A DNA stretch of 64,000 nucleotides from Azolla caroliniana (Eukaryota; Plantae; Polypodiophyta), in NCBI GenBank assembly GCA_043228905.1, contig JBHGNT010000002.1, positions 8,122,001-8,186,000 of the forward strand. Reading direction: 5' to 3'. The number at the start of each line of letters is the position of its first letter. Position 1 is the stretch's first letter. Below, piece after piece: positions 12,000-24,248 of the stretch. The notes under the pieces are model-generated. The model saw nothing but the letters and a program-made list of their open reading frames with translations. It was not told where the DNA came from and did not search any database. The position numbers were made by a program, and so were the translations under genes.

Positions 12000-13018
12000 G
12001 CCGGTCTTCCTTTGGTGTTGCCAGCTCGACTTCCGGTGTCGGAGGTCTTTGCCAGTCTTTTTCCGTCTCCAGAGGTTGCTCCACGTCTAGTGTCGGAGGT
12101 TCTCGGTCTGCCAACTCTGGTTCCAGTGTCGGTAATGTATCCGACTCCTCGTCCTCCGGTCCTCCTAGGGTGTCGTTACTACTGCAATAGTACGTGTGCG
12201 CGCTGTAACCCCCTTCCGAATCCGATTCCAGCGCTGAAAATGCTTCGGATTCGCCGTCTCTTCCGGCCAATGCCTGGAGAAGGGTTTCCGCTTCCCGGAG
12301 ACTACGTAAGCTGCTTCCTTCGTCCGGGTAGGCGTTTTGTTGCAAACGGAGCGACTCCTCCGCCACTTTCCGAATCACTTTGGAAAATGATCGATCCGTT
12401 CGTATTTCTTCCGTTGCTTGCTGGAAAGCCTCTCACCGCCTTCTCCATTCAGCATGTCTTCGTGCTCTCTCTGTAACCGGGTCGTCTGTTGGCCTAGTCA
12501 TCCATTCCTACCGCTGTTCACTGCGATTGTGCAGGAATCGTGGTCGCAAAAAACTGTGTTAATCCTAGGGCCGGACAACAGCCTAACACAGGGTGTCCAC
12601 TTAAGACACTTCACCAAAGGGTGGTACGGCAGAATGACTTACGGCACAACGCTTAATTAGACCTTAATTGGTTACTTAGCAATTCGTAATTAACACGCGT
12701 AAGATATAACAATGAATACAGAACGGTAATCAAAACTGGAAGATTAAGACAATAAGCTCTATTGATTATCCGCTCTGATTACATTATAATCGGGCCTTTA
12801 TATAGGTCTCCGGTGCGAAATACAAAACGGTGACAACCGGCACCTTTACAGGATCGGTCCGGATCCGGATCGGCATACCGATTCCGGTCCGTCTGTCCAC
12901 ATATTCTCATATTATTAATATCTATATTAAGATTACTAATTACAACAGTTCCCGAATAAACTATTCCTTTTCAAACTCTGATTTGGACCTCCTTAAGCCT
13001 TCTTGCCAGCCGGTAACA
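12000..13018 (-). mobile_element. Element C: 5' LTR (12557-13018), PBS-like motif and start of the internal region of a minus-strand LTR element interrupted by A
   Basis: tgtta...taaca termini. On the minus strand the LTR is followed by ttgcgaccac (tRNA-Arg-type PBS, one mismatch) and an acidic ORF start (12378 down to 12000). Flanked by unrelated pol on the right; the partner LTR is not in the window. Confidence 0.65.
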
Positions 13019-16000
13019 GAACGAAGAGTCCAAGCAATGACGAGATGGGAGGACCCTGTGGAGGAGAAGTCTAGCTTCGTCAAGGCCATGTGTCAAAACT
13101 ATGACGTCCTAGTTGAAGAGAAACGAAAAAGACCAGATGACTAATCAGGCTCTTCAAAGAAACATGACACAAGAGAAGTTGTTCGAAGAAGGGAGGAATC
13201 ATCACCGCCCCAAATGATAACCGAAAGAGGGAAGGAAAGAATCAGACCATCGTTCAAACTACGCTCGGAGATAGAGTAATCCACCGACCTTAAGCGTGTG
13301 ATGGAAGAAAGAATCCTAGATAGCCGAATTGAGTACACACTACGGGAGGTCTTAGGAATTGCAAAGAAAGAATTTCATGATGTCATCATTGATTTAATAA
13401 AAAGGAAGAGACTGGCGACAAGTGAAGAAGGAACCAGAGCGGCAAATGTCTTGACGAGCGCTATCACAACAGAAGGTCTCGAAATTGAACAAGAATTTGT
13501 CGATAGCCATTTTGCAAGGCCACGTTGGGCTAGGGCCACTCCTGAGACACCGGTGCTGATGGGAGACTTGAAAGATTCGGTGGTGGCACTCATTGATCAT
13601 GGCTCGGAGATCAGCCTCATGTCTCTTGACTTCTATCGAAAGGGTCGTTGGCCCATTAATACTAGGCATGGGTGTAAGATCGAGCGGCAACCAAGGCGAC
13701 TGAAGATCTTCATGGGGCCTGCCCTAACATTAAGGTAACTATTGGCGACATTGAGCATGATCAACACTATTTTGTGCAGGAATCAGCGTCACATCCTATC
13801 ATCCTTGGCAAGCCTTACATTATAGCATCCCAGATGGAGACAAAGGTACTTGATAATGGTTTGGCATATGCGTAGATACAAAGTCAAGATGGGACAATTT
13901 CGGTTCAATTCCTCACCGTACGACCAAACCAATAGTCCAGGACATTTAACTATGTCCCCAAATCAGTGTAATAAAAGTTGTCACCCCATTAATGAAAATG
14001 AAGTCTTGTTTTCTGAAAATGGGATTTGTAAATTTAGCTACATTAATGGAAATCCTAGAGGAACAACTTAGAGAAATCGGGATTATGAGCGAGGAAGAGG
14101 CAATAAACGAGTACATGGAGATAATATCATTTGATGATACTCTTGGGGAAATGGAGAAAGTCATCGAATCAAAACTACAAGTCAATAGAATGACTCCAAT
14201 CAACTCTATCGCCTTATACACTGCCATCGACGAATACAAACAAGGTGTCGCGACGGATGAAGTCGAAGTAAATACCAAATACAAGACTGTAGACAAGAAG
14301 GTCAAACTTGTGGTTTCTCCCTTGCCTGAAGATAGTTGGCAACGAATAAAGGAGGTAGCGCGAGATCCATGCGTTAGAGACCCGAAAGGAGTAGGGCATG
14401 TCTTCACAAACGAAACTCGGAGGAAGCTCAAAATTGGTGGGGGTGAGTTTTTGCTTCCTAAAGAAGAGTCTAGGAAATGTTGGAGCAACACGGGAAACCA
14501 TTTTTCCTTTTCCCCACAAGAGATCGGATGTGTTGACCCAATGCTTGTGGAACCAATGGTTATCTTTACAATACCCCATGTGCCATGGAACTTGAAACCA
14601 ATTCCCGTTCCAAGAGCTCACATTCCAAGCATGCTAGAGTTGTTAAAAGAAAATATTAGAATGGGAATCATTGAGCCGTCTAATGCGCCTTATTTAAATA
14701 GGTGGTTCATAGTGCCAAAGAAGAATGGAGAGCTTCAATTAATCCAAGATCTGCAACCGGTAAACAAGATCACCATTCGTAATGTTGGTATTGGACCTAG
14801 TGTTGATGAGTTTGCTGAAGCTTTTGCAGGAAGGTTGATTTACTCGATTGGAGACTGTATTCTAGATACGACCAATTTCAATTGTCTTTGGATAGTCAAG
14901 ACATCACAACAATGCGGACTCCCATTGGGCTAGTAAGGATGTGTACATTACCGCAAGGGGCAACTAACTCAGTGGCTCACATGATGAATGCCATGAACAA
15001 ATTACTAAGAGACTGCATCCTAGATATTACGATGCCTTTCCTTGATGATATCCCTATAAAGGGGTGCCCTGTATCAGAGAAGGACGAGTCTTTAGATCAA
15101 GATGGATGTCGAAGATTTCTTTCAAAGCATATTGAAGACTGTGGAAGAGTGTTGTAAAGACTAGAAGGTGCAAGGCTCACATTCTCCGGAGAAAAATCAG
15201 CATTTGGCCAACGCGAGATCGTAGTAGTGGGACATCTTTGTCGACCATATGGACAGAAACCCTCTCCCGAGAAGGTGAATGTTATTCAAGAGATGCGAGA
15301 GGAATGTGGAACGTAGACAAAGGTCCAAAGATTCTTAGCAACATGTGCTTTCTACCACATTTGGATTCCGCATTATGCTCATGTGGTTGAACCCTTGTAT
15401 AGCTTACTGAAAAAAGGGAGAAAATTCAAATGGGAACCGGTACACACACAAGCAATGAAGAGGTTAAAAGGGCTACTGGTGGCAGCACCAGCTTTAAGGA
15501 AAGTTGTCTACAAAGAAGGGATGCCCATCTACATCACGGTAGATACGAGTCCAACGGGGATTGGATGGTTCATCAACCAAGAAGGAGAAGATAGCACACG
15601 GTATGCCATCCGGTTCAGAGCAAATGTCCTTAGCGAACAACAACGAGGATACGCCCAAGTAAAGTGGGAACTCTGGGGTATTGTGTTTGCAGTGAAGGAA
15701 GACAAGGACTACCTGATCGGGTCGAAGGTAGTAATTGAAACGGATTGCCTCCCAATCCTTGGGATAATCTCTGGATGTGCGACACCATATATGGCTATGC
15801 TAAGTTTGATCACTTATATCAAGTCTTTAAACCCAGAGATCCACCACATTGCTGGGAAGAACAACACCATGGCCGACATGCTGTCAAGAGCAACATTTGA
15901 AGATGAAAGTGACATGGTTTCAGAATATGAAGACATCGCCCTTAACTTCTTCAAGGCAACCCAACTATCAATTGAAGACAGGGGCACGCCAACCCTCCAC

Positions 16001-16381
16001 GCTTTCAACGAGAACGAGTATGAAGGGGAGTGGTTACTAATCGGCAGATTCTTGAGAACAATGATGGCAGATGCTTCATGGACGAAGGAGGAGGCTCTAC
16101 AAACATGGAAGAAAGCTTACCAGTACTTTCTGAAGGGAGGATTCCTTTGGTGGCACCCAAAGAGAAGGACATGGATGCCACGACGAGTAGTGGTGAAGAA
16201 AGAGGACCAAACAATGTTGATGTCTGAATTCTACGAGAGTCCATGGGCAGGTCATAGAGGAACGTGGGCAACGTTTCAAAAGTTAAAGGAGAAGTATTGG
16301 TGGTCGAGCATGTATAAAGATGTACTACATTTCAGGTCCACATGCGAAAGCTGCCAAGTACATTCGAACATACGTCACCGT
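13019..16381 (+). pseudogene. pol: Element D: degenerate non-chromovirus Ty3/gypsy gag-pol fragment (DUF4100-like region, protease, RT, RNase H, integrase Zn finger)
   Basis: ALIDHGSEI, MPFLDDIPIKG, ITVDTSPTGIG, ADMLSR, ESPWAGHRG..CESC; many stops and frameshifts; cut at 16381 by the LTR of E. Confidence 0.85.
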
Positions 16382-19374
16382 TGTCGTGAAAAATTTCGGC
16401 CAGAGGCGGAAACCGGGAAATATTGGCTACATCGGTGGGGTGCACCATGTGCACTCACCCTCGTATAATTGTGTGAATAATAGGAGTTAAGTCGAGACGA
16501 AGAATCCCATGTAAATCGGGATTTATCCCACATTGTAACGCATCCCTCTCCTTGTTCTATAAAAGGAAAGGATGGTCACTTGTAGAAGGGTTGCCCATTT
16601 TTGCATTCGTAGGGTATATCGTTAGAGGAAGAAACATTCTCTCTTCCTCTTTCTTTCCTCTTATTTATGGTTTCGTTTCTCTTCCCTGCTTCTTCCTCTT
16701 CGTCATTCTGAGTATCGAGCCTTGGCATCTCGTGTTCCTATTTTCTGCCCCGTCCCCTGTGCAAGACCTCGCTCGGCACGACAAGCCCGAGAGCTCCCTG
16801 ACTGGCGGCTTGGCAATAGACGACTGTTGCAACCTGAGCTACTTAGGTCGGGCTCGATGCCGGTATTGTATCTTCATCTTGTAATATATGGGTGGAGGGT
16901 TCTGCGTATCGGTGTCTATGTGGGTGTTTTGGCGTCCTCTTACCTCCGTTTCTATACATAAGGGCATGAGTTGGGTCGGCGTCGTGTGTGTGTGTGTGTG
17001 AGTCGGTGTCAAGCGCGCGCGCTCTCTCTTCCTCTCTCTCTCTCTCTCCCTCGTTCGGTTGCTTCCGGAACGCATCCAGAATAGTCTTCTTGGCTTCCCT
17101 TCTTCCCTCGTCCAAGACCCCCGTTGTCGCGTTGTTACGCGCGTGCATGTGGAAGGGGCGGGACCACGGGGGTCTTCGACTAGGGAGAAGAGGAGAAAGG
17201 TTAAGACAACGAATGGAAGATTAGCTCATAGCTCAAGAGGAGAAGAGAACGAATATGACATTATGATAAAAGAAGATGAAAAAAATTGGAGTCAAGATAC
17301 TCAACAAGAAGTTCGATTAAGAAAACATAAACGCTTTACGATGGTGGCCGCCATGGCCGCACCAAAACTATAAGAAAACCCTAAAGGAAAAACCAAGAAG
17401 AAAACCCTAACCGAACCCTAACGCTCGACCTATGTGGTATACCTTTCACACTCAAAATAGGCAACCCCCACAATGGTGCCTTCTCTCTCCTTTTATAGCA
17501 CAAGGAGGGAAGACCATCTACAAAAGTGAGACTAAAATATCCCCTTTCATTCAAAGGGGATATTTGCCTTGATTTGGGGGAGGGTGAGATTGATGGCCCC
17601 TTAACTCCCACCTCCTCACAAACAACTAGGTACCTATGTACCGCATAGTACCTCTCTCTCTCTCTCTCGCGTGGATGTGCGTACAACCACATCACCTTTA
17701 TACCTTTATTACTATTACAAATACATTATGTACGTGTGCAACGTTGCACATCGCTCTTTGGCTCTCGTTGCTCGGGTTTCCGCTTGTGGACGAAAATCAT
17801 CACGACATCCGCCCCCACCTAACCGCACATCCTCCGGTATGTGCCAAAACATAGGGGAGAGAACACAAGATTTTCGGCCACGTCGACCGACCGAGTCCTT
17901 AGCGTCCTTGTGGGCCCGCCCGGCTTTGTCTTCCACTTCAAGCAAGACCACCCCGTCCACACGAACCGCCGCCGCCTTCCAGCCCACCATCCTCGCCGAA
18001 TGGTCTCGAACCGTTGGCGCCATCCGATCCACCACACTCGACGATGTTCGCTGAGTCGTTGCCTCCACCCGATCCGCCACGTTCACCGTGGGTCATTGAA
18101 CCACCGACTACATCCGACCTGCCGTATCCGATGCCCGTGCTTTCCTCCCCGTTCGGTCCTCCCGAACGCCGTCGCCGACCCGGTTGCTCTTCCTTTGTCC
18201 GCCTCGTATATCCTCCGGATGCGCTCCCGGTCGCATGCCGGATTCCGCCCTTTGCATGCCGCACACCTCGGCGTGCTGACTCTATCCGCTCCGCGCTTGC
18301 CTTCCATAGGCTTTCCCCGTATGTCGATGTTGCCCTCCGAATGCGTGCTCATGCTTCGGTTCTTCGATGACCCCATCACACGTTTTTCGCTTTCCCCTTT
18401 TTCGCCGTGCTCTCTCGTAGTAGAGCGTATTGTCATCCCGACCTCCGTGTCGGTGTCCCTCGAGGCTCTCGTTATCGCCTCGCCTCGACTTGCGCCCTCT
18501 TGGCCCGCTTGGCCTTGTATGCCCTCCGGGAAGCCGCCGTGCTTTCTCTTCCCAGTGTGTACCCCGTTGTTCTCCGCGCATCTCCTCCGTTTTCCTAGAT
18601 ACGACTCTTCGCTCATGGCGATCGCACTCGGCCCATGTCTTCGATCTTGGTGTTTCGTCGCGCTGGCCTTCGTCCCGCGCTTGCCTCTCGAAGGCTTGAC
18701 CCGACCGTCATCGTCGGTCAATCGTTGTCGCCCATCCGCCGTATGCATGCTTGTGTCTTGGCCCTCCACCGGCCGTATTGCATGCGTCTCGTGTCGTGCT
18801 TCCGCCGTAGACCCGACCTCCGCGTTTGTCTCCAACTCATCGCCACCACCCACCGCTTCTTCGTTCTCCTTTCGATCCGCGACCGCCGATGCCTCACGGG
18901 TAGGTGTGGAGGGTTCCTCCCACTCTCGGTTCACCACCGAGTCCTCGCCTCTCAAAGGCTCAATCGGTCCACCGTTTCCGGTCACTCGTTGACGCTCTCT
19001 CGGATGCATGCTCGTTCTTGGGCCCTTCACCGACCGTAGTGCATGCTTCGTGTTACGCCCTTCATCCGCCATAGACCCGACCTCCGCGTCGGCCACTTCT
19101 TCCTTTGTCACCGTAGCCCGTTCCGACCCGAGCTCGCCATTTTGGACCCACTCGTCCATCATCTCATACCGGATACCCGCTCCAATAACTTTGTCCGCTT
19201 CGGCCTCCGACTCCTTGCCGCCACCCACCGTTTCTCCGGTCTCACGTTGATCCGCAACCGCCAAAGTCTCTTGAATGGGTGTGGAAGGTCCCTCTCGCTC
19301 TCGGTCTTCTAGCAAGCCGTGATCACCGTGCCCACTAGGCCTCCTTCTCGCTCTCACCGGCTCCCACCGTAACC

Positions 19375-20253
19375 TGTTGGGAGACAGGTCCCTCCAGATG
19401 GGAAGGGAGAAGAACAGTGCCGACGAAACAATCTCGGCCGAGGCCGATAGGCCTCGGTATGAACCGAATGAGGAGTACCCGGCTACGGAGAGCCGGATGG
19501 TGCAGACCCGGTATGAACCGGATGAGGAGTACCCGGCTACGGAGAGCCGGATGGTGCAGACCCGGTATGAACCGGATGAGGAGTACCCGGCTTTGAAGAG
19601 CCGGATGGTGCAGACCCGGTATGAACCGGATGAGGAGTACCCGGCTACGGAGAGCCGGATGGTGCAGACCCGGTATGAACCGGATGAGGAGTACCCGGCT
19701 TTGAAGAGCCGGATGGTGCAGACCCGGTATGAACCGAATGAGGAGTACCCGGCTACGGAGAGCCGGATGGTGCAGACCCGGTATGAACCGGATGAAGAGA
19801 CATATTCGTAAATATGTTTCTGAGAGTCCATCAAGGCTATATTTGTAAATAGCCGAAAAGTCATATTAGTATAAATATGACTTAGGGCAAACTTTTTTAG
19901 AAAAGAGTTGTTGTTGTCATTCTTGTGTGTGCAAGAATAGAGAGAGCGCGTAACTGTGTACAGAGAGAAAGAGAGAGAAAGAGGTCGTTGCCTCTGTTGA
20001 AACCGCCGCCTGTGGCGAAGATCTGTGAGCACGAGGTCGTTCCCTCAGTGAACTCACTGTTGTACATTCTTACATAGTGACAGTTTGCAGCTTGTGGGCT
20101 GCCGTGGTTTTTCCTCTAGTTTGGGGTTTTCCACGTAAACCTCCTGTGTATTTTCTTCTTCCTTGTGTCGCGTTTTATTTCCCGTTTTCTGTGTATCATT
20201 CTAAGCTCGGTTGTGGCCGAGCATTGCGAAGAAGGAGCATTCAGTTCCCGTCA
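19375..20253 (+). mobile_element. Solo LTR of a Copia family related to B, inserted in F
   Basis: tgttggg...ccgtca flanked by a perfect TSD taacc (19370-19374, 20254-20258); similar to the reverse complement of the B LTR. Confidence 0.9.
19455..19797 (+). repeat. 54-bp tandem repeat, about 6.3 copies, inside the solo LTR
   Basis: Unit cggtatgaaccggatgaggagtacccggctacggagagccggatggtgcagacc; seen as an 18-aa periodicity in the ORF track. Confidence 0.93.
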
Positions 20254-21815
20254 TAACCATACCCGGCCGGCTACAAATCGATCAAACAATCCCGGTCTTG
20301 CCGGCTTCCTTCGGTTCGTGCCCGGTTGACCGGCGCCCACTTCACTCTTCTTCTGCTCCGCCTCCCGGTCGGGTCGGATTACCGACCGGCTCATCTTTCG
20401 GTCGGGTCGGTTCCCGACTCGCTCCTCAATGCCGCTCCGGACCTCTCCTTCGGTCTTTTCGCACGTGCCCACTCCGGGCCTCTCATCCTCACGGCCACCG
20501 CCCATCTCCCCGGTCTTATGTCCGCGCTCGGGCGCAACCGCCGAAGTCTCCAGCCCCGGTGTCGAGGGATCTCGCCTCCGTCCGCTACAAACCTCCTCTT
20601 CGTCATTTCGGTTGCCCGCCTTGTTGGCGCCACCATCCGTCTCTCTAGGTCTCACACCGGCTCTCGGGCCGGTTGCTGGAGTCTCTAGGACCGGTGTGCG
20701 GAAGGTTGCGGCACCGCCACTCGTCTCCTCTTCTTCCTCGATTTCGCAAGCCTCGAGTATGCTCGCGAAATCCTCGTAGAACGTTTCGGGCAACCACGTC
20801 CCGAAACTTTCGCCCACTCTCGAAGTGGCGTCCATTGCTCCGTAGATATCGGCCTCATCCATGGTTGTCCTCTTTCCACAAGTCGAGAGGGTCGCTCCCT
20901 CCGCACCCTCTCCCACATCGTCGCCGTGGTCGTCAGCCTTGCCGCCGCCACCGTTCATTACCCTAAGTCTCATGCGGGCACTCGGGCCGGCCGCTCGGGT
21001 CTCTTGAACCGGTGCGTGTAAGGTAGCAACGCCGCCACTCGTCGATGCTATGCCTGTAGCCACCTCCATTCGGACATCGTCGTCCGTGGCTACCCCGCCT
21101 CCATACATGCAAGTATCAATTATGCTTGCCGCCTCCTCTTCCACGGTCTTCATACCGTTGTCTCAGTTGCCCGCCTTGCCGCCGCCACCGTCCGTCACTC
21201 TACGTCCCACACCAGCTCTCGGGCCGGTTGCCGGAGTCTCTAGGCCCGGTGTGCGTAAGGTCGCGGCACCGCCGCTTGTCTCCTCCTCCCTCGATGTTTC
21301 GGGCCGCCATGTCCCGAATCCGTAGTTACCAGCCTCCATGGCCGTCCATTCGCCGCAAGACGAGAGAGTCGCTCTTTCCTCACCCTCTCCCACATCGTTG
21401 CCATCGTGGTCACCCGCCTTGCCACCGCCACTGCCCGTCACTCTAGGTCTTACACCGGCTCTCGGGCCGGTTGCCGGAGTCTCTAGGCCCGGTGTGCATA
21501 AGGTCGCGGCACCACCGCCCGTCTTCTCCCCGCTCGATGTTTCGCGCCTCCATGCTCGAACTCCCTCATGTCTGCTCGAATCGGCGATCGCCGCCTCACC
21601 GTCCCCGACCTCGTCCTCATCCCGCATGTCGAGAGGGTGGCTCGCTCCGCACCCTCTCCCGTGGTACCGATGTACCATTCTCTTTCGGCCTCCTCATCCT
21701 CCGATCGCCTCCGGCCCGACTCCATAATAAGCCCTTCTTCGGCTTCGATTTTCCCCTTCACAAGCTCGCATGCCTCCCATATTAGCGCTTCTAGGTCGAG
21801 CTCCTCCGAACCGTT

Positions 21816-22268
21816 TTACGTTGAGCTCTCTTCCGGCGGTAGTGCGTACTCACTCGCCGCTCTCTCTTCTCCGCCGTTCGCGGGCCATGTTGTTGCCGAC
21901 CGCTCCCCATCGGGTTGCCCGTATACCCACTCCGGTTTCACGTATCTGTATGCTTCCAATAGAGCTCCCTCGAAGGACTCCCATGACTTGTGAGCTTCTC
22001 GTAGCTCCTTGACGTCCTTGTGCACCGATACGGCCGCCACTCGCGGAAAATACTCTAGTCGCATCGCCTCGTCCACGCCCCCTTTCGCAATCTCGACCTT
22101 GTAGGCTCCCAAAATTTTTAGGACCTCATTCCCATTGAACCGGCCGACTCGATCGACCACCCTTTCGACGGCTTGTTGAGCCGCATCTCGCTTTGCCATC
22201 TTCCGTCCGGCTTCTATCACGATCTTTGTCATCGTCTCCTCGAAGTCAAGGTCTTCTTCCATCTCCAT
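21816..22268 (-). pseudogene. gag-like N-terminus of element F
   Basis: AQQAVERVVDRVGRFNG...SWESFEGALLEAY is homologous to the ORF at 23070; the ATG lies ~15 nt after the PBS. Confidence 0.7.
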
Positions 22269-22283
22269 GCTCCCTTGCCGCCC

Positions 22284-22301
22284 TTCACGTCGGGTTCACC
22301 A
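22284..22301 (-). promoter_or_regulatory. PBS of F complementary to the tRNA-Trp 3' end
   Basis: Plus strand ttcacgtcgggttcacca matches the plant cytosolic tRNA-Trp 3' end plus CCA as I recall it; identical PBS in E. Confidence 0.8.
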
Positions 22302-23069
22302 AAGATGTCGCGTTGTTACGCGCGTGCGTGTGGAAGGGGCGGGACCACGAGGGTCTTGGACTAGGGAGAAGAGGAGAAAGGTTAAGACAACGAATGGAAG
22401 ATTAGCTCATAGCTCAAGAGGAGAAGAGAACGAATATGACATTATGATAGGAGAAGATGAAAAAAAATGGAATCAAGATACTCAACAAGAAGTTCGATTA
22501 AGAAAACATAAACACTTTACGATGGTGGCCGCCATGGCCGCACCAAAACTATAAGAAAACCCTAAAGGAAAACCCAAGAAGAAAATCCTAACCGAACCCT
22601 AACGCTCGACCTATGTGGTATACCTTTCACACTCAAAATAGGCAACCCCCACAATGGTGCCTTCTCTCTCCTTTTATAGCACAAGGAGGGAAGACCGTCT
22701 ACAAAAGTGAGACTAAAATATCCCCTTTCATTCAAAGGGGATATTTGCCTTGATTTGGGGGAGGGTGAGCTTGATGGCCCCTTAACTCCCACCTCCTCAC
22801 AAACAACTAGGTACCTATGTACCGCATAGTACCTCTCTCTCTCTCGCGCGCGTGGATGTGCGTACAACCACATCACCTTTATACCTTTATTACTATTACA
22901 AATACATTATGTACGTGTGCAATGTTGCACATCGCTCTTTGGCTCTCGTTGCTCGGGTTTCCTCTTGTGGACGAAAATCTTCATGACACCATGGTCCCGC
23001 CCTTCTACACGCACGCACGTAATAACGCGACATCTTTGGTGAACCCGACGTGAAGGGCGGCAAGGGAGA

Positions 23070-24248
23070 ATGGAGCTAGAAGAAGACGACTTCGCGGAAC
23101 TTTTTGTCGAAGTGGTGAGGGAGATTGGACGAGCAACGGCAAGACGAGAGACGGCGCAGCAAGCGGTTGAGCGAGTGGTCGAAAGAGTCGGTCGTTTCAA
23201 CAGGGACAAAGTCCCATCTTACTTGGAAGCCTACAACGTGGAGATGGAGAAGCGAGATGTAGACGAGGCGTTGAGGCTGGAGTTCATCTGTCGGTTCGCC
23301 GTCGTCCGTATGCACACGGAAGTGAAGGAGCTCCGAGAAGCTCATAGTTCGTGGGAGGCCTTCGAAGAGGCGCTCCTGCAGACATCTGGAGGACGTCGGA
23401 AGAGTTGGGGATGATGCGACTTCGACCAGTGGGTTGCATCGACGAAGACCCACCGGGGCGCATTGAAGGCGTTCTGAGAGTACGAGCGGCGGCTTGCTCG
23501 GCTCCCGGAGTGGGAACAAGGTTTGGTGGGGGCAGACAAAGTCCTGTTGTACGTTAAGTCGATCGACCGAGCGGAACGGGAGGCCATCGGGATTGAGCTC
23601 GAAGACGAGGACGGAGCGATTGGCCTCACCGAGGACTAGTCAAAGGTCGGAAGGGTGTGCCAACGGCTAGATAACGAGCGAGCCGAGAAGGCTAAGAGGA
23701 AGGCGTGCGACGGCATGCCATCACAGCGGGAAGAGGCCGAACGGCGAAGAGAGTCGGCAAGGGTTGGCGTTGGGGCCAGGATTGCGGAGGCATACACAGC
23801 TCTCGAGGCGATGCTCGAGGAAGAGGAAAGATCGAGGCCGCAAGCCGATACCGAGGAGACGGTATTGCCCCACGCGATGGCAGAAGACCGGTACCACGGT
23901 ACCACGGGAGAGGGTGAGGAGCAAGACGCCCTCTCGACTTGCGGAGAATTGCCGACCGAGGACAAGGTCGGGAGCGGAGAAGACCCCTCCACCCGGATTC
24001 CGGAGACTCCGGTCGTCGAGCTCGTGTGCCGACATGAGACTGGAGAGAAGGAAGCCGCCGACGAGGAGTCCTGGCACGATGCCAGCGAAGAGGGATGGGA
24101 AACGGCCTACAAGGAGGCCAAGGACGGAGGCGGCACAGAAATATCGGCATTCCGATTCGAATGGGGCATGATCCGGACGTGGATGACTCAACCGAAACCG
24201 GCCCAAGGCGCGAAAGATCAAGGACGGGCTATAGAGACCGATCGGTAG
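23070..24248 (+). pseudogene. gag-like region of element E (disrupted)
   Basis: VERVGRFNRDKVPSYLEAY..SWEAFEEALL, continuing in broken frames (DKVLLYVKSID...IELEDEDG) into acidic low-complexity sequence. Confidence 0.65.

Larger units (their letters stand above)
17125..22988 (-). mobile_element. Element F: complete non-autonomous gag-only LTR element (TR-GAG/LARD-like)
   Basis: 683-bp TG..CA LTRs at 17125-17807 and 22306-22988. PBS at 22284-22301. PPT ggtgggggcgga on the minus strand next to 17808. 4-bp TSD ccgt/ccat. Confidence 0.92.

Noticed and set aside
18083-20032. 649-aa minus-strand ORF
   Set aside because: Chimeric: runs from the solo LTR and its 54-bp repeat into F internal sequence; open because of GC richness and repeats
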